NCBI GenBank assembly: GCA_043804895.1
Contig: JAZDIN010000029.1
Coordinates: 1 to 18,980, forward strand
Origin: Candidatus Altiarchaeota archaeon
Lineage (GTDB): Archaea; Altiarchaeota; Altiarchaeia; IMC4; SCGC-AAA252-I15
Length of the DNA stretch: 18,980 nucleotides
Direction: 5' to 3'
A program made the translations under genes and the position numbers. The stretch's first letter is position 1; each line of letters opens with the position of its first letter. A model generated the notes under the pieces. The model saw only the letters and a program-made list of their open reading frames with translations, had not been told where the DNA came from and made no database searches. Positions 1-7,597 of this stretch are shown here, piece after piece.

Positions 1-1
1 G

Positions 2-157
2 AAATGTAGACTACAGAAGCCAAGGAGGATAAAAACAGCCACTATGACGGTGTGGTTCATACGGTTCACAAACAAGAAGACAGGTGAGTGCTTCGAAGTT
101 GCGCCAATACATCTATATCGCAACATCAAAGGTGTGAAGAATAAGGCGAAGCGATAA
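2..157 (+). CDS. Possible 3' part of a basic hypothetical ORF truncated by the window edge
   Basis: Open frame from base 2 (KCRLQKPRRIKTATMTVWFIRFTNKKTGECFEVAPIHLYRNIKGVKNKAKR) to TAA at 155-157; no recognisable motif. Confidence 0.3.
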   Translation, partial: KCRLQKPRRIKTATMTVWFIRFTNKKTGECFEVAPIHLYRNIKGVKNKAKR

Positions 158-273
158 ACCGATGAACACGGTCTCAACGCCCCGACCGGGCTTAGAAGAA
201 TCTGTTCGGTTTAAGTGGGGGAAACTCCTGAGGAACATACGGGGTTTTATTCTTTGTTTACGCGATAACTAAT

Positions 274-861
274 ATGCCACAGCAACCACTTAAATCAGGG
301 AAAGTTAGGGGGAATACTCCAGATAGTGTGGAAATAGACTCGCATCTAATGCCCCCAACGATTAAATCCCTGAAGGATAGATATCTGCCGAATGTTGGCA
401 TGGTTCTAGTCGATAATGCAGGTAATCTCGCTGACGTAGTGGAACCCCAACTGGAAAGGGATTACACTAACAACCCGGGCAGCGGGACTTATTCGGTTAG
501 CACACGTGATAGGGTGAAAACTTTGACTGTTGATGGGACTTGGCAGATGATGTCTGGATTCGACAGTCCCTGGGAGAGATCAAGGGGTTTTTTGAACATA
601 ATGGGGGCCATGGAGGATATTGCAAGAATTAAGGGATGTGGGAGCGTCAAAACGACAACATGGATTTTCACAGCCCATCCTAAACTCATGGAAAAACTAG
701 GCTACAGGCCCTTAGACCCTACCCAGGAGGAAAAACACAATATAGGAGTAACAGAATACCCTACCCATAAGGGCCGAGATAAAGTCTGGAACCAAAAACC
801 ACAAGCATATGCATCCTACGTGAAAGAATTAACGCAGATAAAAGAAGCTAAGACCGACTAG
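274..861 (+). CDS. Hypothetical protein, C-terminal half weakly GNAT-like
   Basis: 195 aa ORF with a TTTTAT box about 25 bp upstream. The segment ARIKGCGSVKTTTW...KLMEKLGY resembles the C-terminal beta-strand / KLGF-type motif of GNAT folds. Confidence 0.55.
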   Translation: MPQQPLKSGKVRGNTPDSVEIDSHLMPPTIKSLKDRYLPNVGMVLVDNAGNLADVVEPQLERDYTNNPGSGTYSVSTRDRVKTLTVDGTWQMMSGFDSPWERSRGFLNIMGAMEDIARIKGCGSVKTTTWIFTAHPKLMEKLGYRPLDPTQEEKHNIGVTEYPTHKGRDKVWNQKPQAYASYVKELTQIKEAKTD

Positions 862-912
862 AACTAAGTAAAGTCGAATCAAAAGAAGAAGATAAGACCG
901 AATAGAACTTAG
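842..912 (+). repeat. Imperfect 27-bp direct repeat duplicating the 3' end of ORF 274..861
   Basis: AAGAAGCTAAGACCGACTAGAACTAAG (842-868) versus AAGAAGATAAGACCGAATAGAACTTAG (886-912): 24/27 identical, period 44 bp. Confidence 0.8.
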
Positions 913-959
913 GAAGAAGTAACGGGTTTTATCCTAATAATCTCAAGGAGGATAATCAA

Positions 960-1161
960 ATGGATGAAGCATTGGGTGCACTTTTTTTAAATGTTTGTTG
1001 TAGTAGTCGTAACTGAACTCTTTAATAATCTCTATCTGTGGGTGGTTGTAGACTGGAAGCATATACGCACACACACAAATTACCCCCAACCACTAGGACA
1101 ATCAATCCTCCCCCTCCTCATCCACAATAGGCGGGAGCAAAAGTTACAAAAAAGCAACTAA
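960..1161 (+). pseudogene. Possible frameshifted small membrane-protein gene
   Basis: SD AAGGAGGA at 945-952 and ATG at 960 give MDEALGALFL. A hydrophobic continuation MFVVVVVTELFNNLYLWVVV lies in the +1 frame from 991, after a T7-A3 run. Confidence 0.3.
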
Positions 1162-1214
1162 CTAGTTGTATAGTGTCCGGTTATTATTTATTGTTTGGCT
1201 GTGTAATACTTACT

Positions 1215-2606
1215 ATGCCACTAGATCCAAGTAAGGTATTAAAGGTCGGACAAAAACCAGTAATCTACGATAGCTTTCCTGATCTTGAGTACCTTATACC
1301 CTCATTGCTAGAGGCGAGAGTCCCTCCAGGATATAGGGAGGCTAGGGTTCGGATAGCAAACAGCATATTGGGTGGTGAGCCAGATATACCCTTCCTATTA
1401 GGTCAGTTAGACAGCAGCGACTTTGTTGGCAGGCTGGGTTCGCTATGGGCTCTTCAGAAGGTAAGGAAAATAGATTCAAACTATCAAGACAAGTTACAGC
1501 ATAGATTAGAGACGCTAGCAGAAGACCCAGACCACCATGTTCGGGGAGCTACAGCAAATGTGTCGGGTTTGTTGGGTAAGAAAGCATTACCCTTACTGAA
1601 AAAACTAGTGAAAGACCAATACTTCCACGTCCGCAGGAATACGGCAAACTCGTTGGGTTTGGCTGGTCCGGAGGCGTTACCCCTCTTAGAGACGCTAGTG
1701 CAAGACGGGCATGAAGACGTCCGAGAAGCTGCGATAGCTGCGTTGGGTTTGGTGGGTGAAGAGGCCGTGCCATTGCTAAAAAAACTGGCGGAAGATCCAA
1801 GCTGGCATGTCCGCAATGCTAGGTTAACAAGGTTTAGTGATAGCATACGGATTGAGGATGGGGTGCCTGGGATGGAGCCAGTGCCGAATCCTGTGGAATC
1901 CGCCCGCAAGGCTGCGAAAGCTGCTTTGGACGTGGTGAAGGGTGTGGTGGATGACGTAAGAAAGGCTACTACGCCCCCACGGGTTAAAGACAAAGTCGAA
2001 GATACTGATAGGCATGAACAGAAGAAACTGATGTTGAGATACCTGCTTACACTAGAGGAGCCTGCGATAGCAACACCCTACACACAACACGTAGTGGATA
2101 GGCTGCATGCTTTTGCCGAAATATCCAAGAGGCTGCAGGAAAAATTCGGTGACAGATACCTCGGCTTTTTGGTTGCCGGGGGCACGGAAAAGGGCTACGT
2201 GACTCCGACCAGTGACGTAGACTATTACATAATCGGCGAAGATAAGGACATAATAAAGGAGTTCAAGCGTCTTGTTCGTGCAGATAAAGAACTATCCCTT
2301 AAACCGTGTCCCCTACAAGATAATGTTAATACGACGTACAAAATACCGCTGTTCCAGGGAATGTTCTTCGGAGACCGGGAGAAACTAAGGAGACTGCAGC
2401 AGGAAGATTTAAAAAAGATGACGCCAGAGGAATGGGATAAGTTGAGGGGAGACATTATACATGAAAACACCCGGTTGGATAAATTAAGCAGCCATGGATT
2501 CACCGGGGAAGAGATAGAATTCATAAAACAAATGAGGTTGATTCTATACACGCCGCCAGACCACGGAACAATGGAAAAACATTTAGCAAAACAAGCTTAC
2601 ACATGA
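1215..2606 (+). CDS. HEAT (PBS-lyase-like) repeat protein fused to a Pol-beta-superfamily nucleotidyltransferase domain
   Basis: 30-aa repeats (LETLAEDPDHHVRGATANVSGLLGKKALPL and others). C-terminal GFLVAGGTEKGYVTPTSDVDYYI matches the hG[GS]-x9-13-DhD NTase signature. ATG 1215 preferred over GTG 1173 because an AT-rich promoter-like stretch lies between them. Confidence 0.8.
   Translation: MPLDPSKVLKVGQKPVIYDSFPDLEYLIPSLLEARVPPGYREARVRIANSILGGEPDIPFLLGQLDSSDFVGRLGSLWALQKVRKIDSNYQDKLQHRLETLAEDPDHHVRGATANVSGLLGKKALPLLKKLVKDQYFHVRRNTANSLGLAGPEALPLLETLVQDGHEDVREAAIAALGLVGEEAVPLLKKLAEDPSWHVRNARLTRFSDSIRIEDGVPGMEPVPNPVESARKAAKAALDVVKGVVDDVRKATTPPRVKDKVEDTDRHEQKKLMLRYLLTLEEPAIATPYTQHVVDRLHAFAEISKRLQEKFGDRYLGFLVAGGTEKGYVTPTSDVDYYIIGEDKDIIKEFKRLVRADKELSLKPCPLQDNVNTTYKIPLFQGMFFGDREKLRRLQQEDLKKMTPEEWDKLRGDIIHENTRLDKLSSHGFTGEEIEFIKQMRLILYTPPDHGTMEKHLAKQAYT
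1506..1820 (+). repeat. About 3.5 tandem 90-bp coding repeats (HEAT units)
   Basis: TTAGAGACGCTAG recurs at 1506 and 1686; units alternate LETL/LKKL, implying a 180-bp dimer duplication. Confidence 0.8.
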
Positions 2607-2630
2607 ACCCGTAACGCACACAACTTAACA

Positions 2631-2716
2631 AACCTACGGTTCCGATACCTCCCTCTTCGATTTGCGCAGCAAATCGAACTTTATGGTTTTGATGAAACTT
2701 TTACCTAAAAGTTTCA
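2631..2716. repeat. Cluster of three perfect inverted repeats 3' of tRNA-Cys
   Basis: AACC-TAC-GGTT (2631-2641); TTCGATTTGC-GCA-GCAAATCGAA (2656-2678); TGAAACTTTTA-CC-TAAAAGTTTCA (2693-2716). Confidence 0.8.
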
Positions 2717-2806
2717 AGCGAGGGAAGGGATTTGAACCCCTGATTGTACGGTTAACTGCAGTCGGCTGTTGCAGACCGTTCCGTTTGGCCTCTCCGGCAC
2801 CCTCGC
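2717..2806 (-). tRNA. trnC: tRNA-Cys(GCA) with a 15-nt intron at position 37/38 (intron 2754-2768)
   Basis: Minus strand folds as acceptor GCGAGGG/CCCTCGC, D arm CCG-GAGAGGCCAAA-CGG, anticodon arm ACGGT-CT GCA A[CAGCCGACTGCAGTT]A-ACCGT, T arm AGGGG-TTCAAAT-CCCTT, discriminator U73. The intron forms a bulge-helix-bulge (CTGC/GCAG helix, AAC and TTA bulges). CCA is not encoded. Confidence 0.95.
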
Positions 2807-2870
2807 ATATTTGTGTGGTGGGTTTGGGTGTAATTATTAGGCCTTTTTTGGTTTATTAAGGGTTTTGGGT

Positions 2871-3698
2871 TTAGGTCCAGTCTTCTTGTAGGATGTCTCC
2901 GTTTATGCCGACTATTATTGATTTTACTGGTATTTTCCTTTTTGCTTGTTCGGTTGCTTGTTTGGCTAGGTGGAGTAGGCCGCTGCAGCATGGGACTTCC
3001 ATTGTCATCACCGTTAGGGTGTTTATTCTAGCCTCGTCTATCATGGCTGTGAGCTTTTCCACGTATGTTTCCTGTTCTTCGTCAAGTTTCGGGCAGGCTA
3101 TGGCGAGGCTTTTGCCTTTCAGGTGTTTGGTGTGGAAGTCGCCTAGGGCGTATGCTACGCAGTCTGCTGAGAGTAAAACATCATTGCCTTGGTAGTAGGG
3201 TGCGTTGGGGTTCACCAGGTGCAGTTGGACTGGCCATTGTCGTAGTTGACTTGATGTGTCTCCCTGTTGTTGTTCGACTTTTGATTCTGAGAAGTCCATC
3301 ATCCTCGCTCCAGGGCAGCCTCCATGGTGTTTGGTGTGGGTTTCTGTTGGGACTTTTATGTTCTTCTTGTTCAGGATTGTGATTGCTTCCTTCAGGTACT
3401 TGTGTTCTCCGTGTTCTCTGAGGTGGTCTAGGTGTGCCTTTATTGTGTTAGGGCCTGCCTTGATTATGTTCTCCATGACCTTGCTTTCGTCGTATGGTTG
3501 CGCTTCCCTTTCTATGACGTTGATTGCGCCTTCAGGGCAGTGTCCTATGCAGGCTCCTAGGCCGTCGCAGAACAGGTCGCTTATGAGTCTCGCCTTCCCG
3601 TCTATCACCTGCAATGCGCCTTCAGGGCAGTTCGGTATGCATTGTCCGCATCCGTTGCATTTTCTCTCGTCTATCCGTATTATCTTCCGTCTGGTCAT
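2871..3698 (-). CDS. 4Fe-4S dicluster (ferredoxin-like) domain protein
   Basis: CNGCGQCIPNCPEGA and CDGLGACIGHCPEGA motifs, plus GGCPG, QWPVQLHLV, ADCVAY, IACPKLD and MEVPCCSGL, all typical of this anaerobe Fe-S protein family. Confidence 0.9.
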   Translation of the reverse strand: MTRRKIIRIDERKCNGCGQCIPNCPEGALQVIDGKARLISDLFCDGLGACIGHCPEGAINVIEREAQPYDESKVMENIIKAGPNTIKAHLDHLREHGEHKYLKEAITILNKKNIKVPTETHTKHHGGCPGARMMDFSESKVEQQQGDTSSQLRQWPVQLHLVNPNAPYYQGNDVLLSADCVAYALGDFHTKHLKGKSLAIACPKLDEEQETYVEKLTAMIDEARINTLTVMTMEVPCCSGLLHLAKQATEQAKRKIPVKSIIVGINGDILQEDWT

Positions 3699-3755
3699 AT
3701 CGTACTTTCTTTGTCGCGCTGATATTTAATCTGGGTAGTAACTAGGATGAAACCG

Positions 3756-5246
3756 CTATCTGCCTGAGATTATCTCCTCCACGATTTCTTTGGAGGAGTT
3801 TTCGTAGCGTATTCTTTTCTTGTGCGGGTCTTTGTATCTGATTAACTCAAGGGGGTTGGGTTCGTCAGTCGACGCTTTCTTGCCTGGGGTGAGTGGATAC
3901 ATGAGGGGGGAGTTGTACAGGTGCCTTAGCTCTTCTACTCCAAGTCCTGTTGCAATGAATAGGAACTCATTTATCGTCGGTTTCACCTCATCCTCCCCGG
4001 TTAAAAACTCGTGGAATCCTCCGATGTCTGAGAGCATTTCTGGGGCTGTGTCCTGGATGTACCTCTCAAGGTTCTCGCCTTTCCCTGCGATTGGGCTGTA
4101 GACTATGCTGACTAGCTGGTCTTTTGTGATTCCGATGTTTAGGGCGAATTCCTCGGCTTTGCGTCTCTGCGCCTCTATCCTCTCAGGGGAGCTGTACCTG
4201 CCTAAGGTCTGTTGAATCGTCTCTTCGTGGAATTCCTTCTTGTCCATGAGGTATTCTGCAAGCTCCAGGTACTCTAACACTCCCTGGTTGTACCCCCTAC
4301 CCTCTGCTTCCGCGCTTAAGCCTCGCAGGTGGCACATCAAGAGGGGGTGGCAGCAGTCCGATTCTGAGAAGTTGAGCGTGTTCTCGGAGAGGCTGAATCC
4401 GATGTGGTCTTTAAAGAAGCTCCAGTGCTTTTTGATTGTGTAGTCTGTGAAATCGAATATGGATATGAATTCGAATTCCTGTTCGATTCCATTCTTCTGG
4501 TCGCCGAACCGTCCACTCCCTGTTTTTATGCCGTGTATGTCCCTGAAAACTATCTCTCTCAGGTTAAGGACCTTCTCCAGATTCTTGCGCACCAGGTCCT
4601 TGAAGTCCAGCTTGTTGAGGCCTGTTCTTTTTAGGATGTCCTGCATCCAAGTGTGGTATTTACTAAGTTCGTCGTTTGAGTCGCCGGTTATGACGAAGTG
4701 GATCCCATCAGGCAACTGCGATATGAACGAGGAAATCAGGTGCAGGTTGCACGAGGCGCAGAATGTGGTCCTCGGGTCGCCGTGGGAGCGGTGGCCTGCC
4801 ATTAATATGTCCTCCCTGAGGAGGGCTACTTTCTCCTTGGGTATTGCGTACTCTGGTGAAAACTCCGCGATTTCACCGTAGCAGTATATGTTGCATTGGA
4901 CCCTGTCTGCGTCGCCTTTGACTCCCAGGAAGGAGTAGACTAAATCGATGTTGTCGAGTATCCCTTTGCTGGTGCCAAGATGGACCATGGTGACTACTTG
5001 TAGGTTGAATGTTTCCCCGCATTCCTTGGCGCATATTAGCTGGGCTAGGCGGGTGAATGTCAGGGACCATGTTGAGTCCTTGCCTCCCCCGTAGCCTACC
5101 AGTATGTTGGTATCTCCTAGTGTCAGGTCTCTTCTTTTTGCGGCGTTCCTGATGTGTTCGGCGAATTTTAGCGCGTTGCTGTACTCCTCTTCCCCGACAG
5201 CCAGCCTTATCGTCTCCAGGGTATCCTCTGGTGCCGTTTTTTCCAT
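3756..5246 (-). CDS. Adenine-nucleotide alpha-hydrolase (PP-loop) superfamily enzyme of unknown substrate
   Basis: 496 aa; LVGYGGGKDS is a PP-loop variant (SGGxDS-like); also FCASC (CxxC), VITGDS and ESDCCHP. Confidence 0.75.
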   Translation of the reverse strand: MEKTAPEDTLETIRLAVGEEEYSNALKFAEHIRNAAKRRDLTLGDTNILVGYGGGKDSTWSLTFTRLAQLICAKECGETFNLQVVTMVHLGTSKGILDNIDLVYSFLGVKGDADRVQCNIYCYGEIAEFSPEYAIPKEKVALLREDILMAGHRSHGDPRTTFCASCNLHLISSFISQLPDGIHFVITGDSNDELSKYHTWMQDILKRTGLNKLDFKDLVRKNLEKVLNLREIVFRDIHGIKTGSGRFGDQKNGIEQEFEFISIFDFTDYTIKKHWSFFKDHIGFSLSENTLNFSESDCCHPLLMCHLRGLSAEAEGRGYNQGVLEYLELAEYLMDKKEFHEETIQQTLGRYSSPERIEAQRRKAEEFALNIGITKDQLVSIVYSPIAGKGENLERYIQDTAPEMLSDIGGFHEFLTGEDEVKPTINEFLFIATGLGVEELRHLYNSPLMYPLTPGKKASTDEPNPLELIRYKDPHKKRIRYENSSKEIVEEIISGR

Positions 5247-5373
5247 TTTGCGTAAGTAAAACCGTTAATTCATATATAAATACAATATGTTATTTTTTAT
5301 GCTCTTATGCATAATTTATTACATGACGAATACTAGCATCCACTTTAAAACATAACTATCGTTAATCATAACA

Positions 5374-5667
5374 ATGAAACTCCCCTGCGAGAACGCCATC
5401 TGGTATACGCTGCCGAGAATAAGGGCCGACATAGCGAAGGAACTGGTGAAAGGCGGCATGAGCCAGAGGGAGGTCGCCCAGAAACTTGGGCTTACGCCCG
5501 CAGCAGTCTCCCAGTACCTGAACAGGAAGCGCGGCGGCAATTTGAGGATGCCCAAAGAATACAAGACTCTAATCAAGGGCGCATCTAGCGAGATAATGGA
5601 ATCAGGCGACTCTCAGGTCATCTCCAGGATACTATGCCGCTGTTGCGCATGCTCAAGGCCTAAGTGA
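5374..5667 (+). CDS. Archaeal HTH transcriptional regulator with Cys ligands (COG2522-like)
   Basis: N-terminal LPCE, HTH MSQREVAQKLGLTPAAVSQYLNRKRG, C-terminal CRCCAC. Confidence 0.85.
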   Translation: MKLPCENAIWYTLPRIRADIAKELVKGGMSQREVAQKLGLTPAAVSQYLNRKRGGNLRMPKEYKTLIKGASSEIMESGDSQVISRILCRCCACSRPK

Positions 5668-5668
5668 C

Positions 5669-6013
5669 TCAAGCGAAGAGAAGCTCTGAGACTGCGGGCA
5701 GTACGACGTAGATGAGAAGTGCCGTGAGCACCGCATAACTGACGAGGCTGACAGCTATCAGGCTCTTCTCCTTTTTCACGTCACATATCCTACAGGTTCC
5801 GCCGGAATTCCTCTTCACAGTCATGTAAAGCGACGAGAGCAGGAATAATGTGCCTGCCGCGGCGAAGAACATCTTGTACCTCGGTATCTTAAGCGCGGCC
5901 GTCATGCTCCCACTCCCAAGCGCGCTGAACACCAGCACTAGGGCGAGCGGGAGGCTACAGCAGCTTGAAGCTATAATCGCTGATTTTAGTCCGAGCCAGA
6001 GTCCTTTAAACAT
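5669..6013 (-). CDS. MerT-like small membrane protein (heavy-metal transport candidate)
   Basis: From ATG 6013: ASSCCSLPL in the first TM, a cytoplasmic-loop CRIC, and three hydrophobic segments. Confidence 0.7.
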   Translation of the reverse strand: MFKGLWLGLKSAIIASSCCSLPLALVLVFSALGSGSMTAALKIPRYKMFFAAAGTLFLLSSLYMTVKRNSGGTCRICDVKKEKSLIAVSLVSYAVLTALLIYVVLPAVSELLFA

Positions 6014-6126
6014 TTTATAAACTGTGATTATTCTCCTAATAGTTGAATCAACAATTAATAAGCGAAAGAACGGAAATGAATTAACGGAATACAATCGGGG
6101 ATATTCATGCCCCCTAAAAGCCTAAA

Positions 6127-6894
6127 ATGTCTGCAAAGGCGGCCTTTTTTGACGTTGACGGCACTTTAGCCAAAGGTTACCTTATCATAGACTTCCCCCA
6201 TTATTTACATGAAAAGGGACTGTTCAATCCGGAGGAAATTGAGTTCATCAACCAACAATACGCAGGATACAAGAAAGGGGAGATAACCTACCTGACACTT
6301 GCCAGATCCCTCCCTGAGGCTTATGCAAGGGGCATCAAGGGCCAAAAGGAGTCTGATGTGGTTGAATGCGCAAGGAATTTCGTTTCAGAGCATCCTGAAA
6401 GAGCATTCTCTTTCTCCAAAGGTCTTATCGAGCTTGTTAAATCACGAGGCTTCGAGCCTGTTCTTGTAAGTGGCTCCCCCCAGGAGATAGTCCAAGCCTT
6501 CGGAGATTCAATCGGCGCTGGCACCTGTTTGGGGACGGAATGCGATATCAAGGACGGTGTGTACACTGGCGGTCTCAAACTGAATGCTGCGATATTCGTG
6601 ACGAAGCGCGGTCTCGTTGAGTCATACGTTAAAGAAAACAAGTTGAACCCTCTGCTTTGTGCGGCCTTCGGCGATACTGACAGGGATTTGGCGCTCCTAG
6701 GAATGGTCGGATTCCCGGTTGCCATAAACCCTAACAAACGGTTTCGTAGCTTTGCAGAGGCGAAAGGTTGGTTAGTGTGCGGTGGCGACAATGTAATACC
6801 TGAAGTTGAGAAGTATCTGCAAATCTCAAATGATATCTCACCACCTAACACTTCAAATACCGTTACTAGGCTAGAAAAACGTCTGAATTCGTGA
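6127..6894 (+). CDS. HAD-superfamily hydrolase, subfamily IB (SerB/PSP-like)
   Basis: FFDVDGTL (motif I), LVSGS (II), conserved Lys, AFGDTDRD (IV), PVAINP. Confidence 0.88.
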   Translation: MSAKAAFFDVDGTLAKGYLIIDFPHYLHEKGLFNPEEIEFINQQYAGYKKGEITYLTLARSLPEAYARGIKGQKESDVVECARNFVSEHPERAFSFSKGLIELVKSRGFEPVLVSGSPQEIVQAFGDSIGAGTCLGTECDIKDGVYTGGLKLNAAIFVTKRGLVESYVKENKLNPLLCAAFGDTDRDLALLGMVGFPVAINPNKRFRSFAEAKGWLVCGGDNVIPEVEKYLQISNDISPPNTSNTVTRLEKRLNS

Positions 6895-6917
6895 TGAAGA
6901 AAATTCGCCTAATCTCT

Positions 6918-7436
6918 TTATATCGCCGTGTCGTTTATTACTTGTGCTCCTCCGCTTGATGCTGCGAGCTCCACTATACGTTCTAAATCCACGACTTTCG
7001 GGTCGTATACTACCCAGCTGACCTCCTGCCTGTAGCCTATGCTCTTGCCCATGACTCCAGGCTCATGCTGGACGTTCTGCGCCACCGCCGGAACGCAGCT
7101 CGGGCAGAAATACTGTATGTCAAGGAACGCCTGCCTGTACCCCTTCCCGGCGTACCTGTCCAAGTACGTGCTCTTCTGGATTGTGGTGGTTGTGGTAGTG
7201 GAAGTCGACGTCGTCATGCTAGATGTTGAGGTTGATGCAACCTCCTCCTGGGTTGTTGAGGTTGAAGTCTCAGTGGATGAGGTAGTGGAAGTTGATGCTG
7301 TCGTGGATGTCGTTGACGTTATTGTGGTCTTTGTTGCTTCCTTCTCGCTTGTGTATTCGATGGAGTAGAATACCAGCCCCCCTGAGACAACCAGCAATAG
7401 GGCTCCAGTAAAAATAATATTTTCTGAGAGTTTCAT
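6918..7436 (-). CDS. Membrane-anchored protein with a Thr/Ser-rich stalk and an HMA-like CxxC domain
   Basis: N-terminal TM, about 55-aa T/S-rich linker, then YFCPSCVPAVAQNVQHEPGV...VVYDPKVVD resembling HMA/MerP/CopZ domains. Confidence 0.75.
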   Translation of the reverse strand: MKLSENIIFTGALLLVVSGGLVFYSIEYTSEKEATKTTITSTTSTTASTSTTSSTETSTSTTQEEVASTSTSSMTTSTSTTTTTTIQKSTYLDRYAGKGYRQAFLDIQYFCPSCVPAVAQNVQHEPGVMGKSIGYRQEVSWVVYDPKVVDLERIVELAASSGGAQVINDTAI

Positions 7437-7488
7437 GTTGAATATACTAGAAAAAGCTTAAATGTAAAAATAAATAATCATCTGGATT

Positions 7489-7518
7489 TTACCTGCATTT
7501 CCCGCATCCTGGCCCCAT
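7489..7518 (-). CDS. Putative micro-peptide MGPGCGKCR (or MEVNDMGPGCGKCR from ATG 7533)
   Basis: Minus strand GGAGGTGA-acgac-ATG GGG CCA GGA TGC GGG AAA TGC AGG TAA: perfect archaeal SD, with TTTTAAATAT about 40 bp upstream. Confidence 0.45.
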   Translation of the reverse strand: MGPGCGKCR

Positions 7519-7557
7519 GTCGTTCACCTCCATATGGTTTTATTATGTGGTTCCGTC

Positions 7558-7590
7558 ATATTTAAAACGGTCGGTAACCTCCGGGTTACC
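7558..7590. promoter_or_regulatory. Bidirectional TATA element plus palindromic operator upstream of the HxlR gene
   Basis: ATATTTAAAA at 7558-7567; perfect 7-4-7 palindrome GGTAACC-tccg-GGTTACC at 7573-7590, ending 7 bp before the ATG. Confidence 0.75.
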
Positions 7591-7597
7591 ATAACTT

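Noticed and set aside
842-912. Possible mini-CRISPR
   Set aside because: Only two imperfect copies, a 17-bp gap, overlap with a coding end, and no cas genes in the window.
2662-2991. ORFs 2662..2859 and 2752..2991
   Set aside because: They overlap the tRNA-Cys gene and hairpins and have no protein-like features.
7170-7345. Low-complexity GTN-rich tract as a DNA repeat element
   Set aside because: Explained by the Thr/Ser-rich linker of the minus-strand protein.
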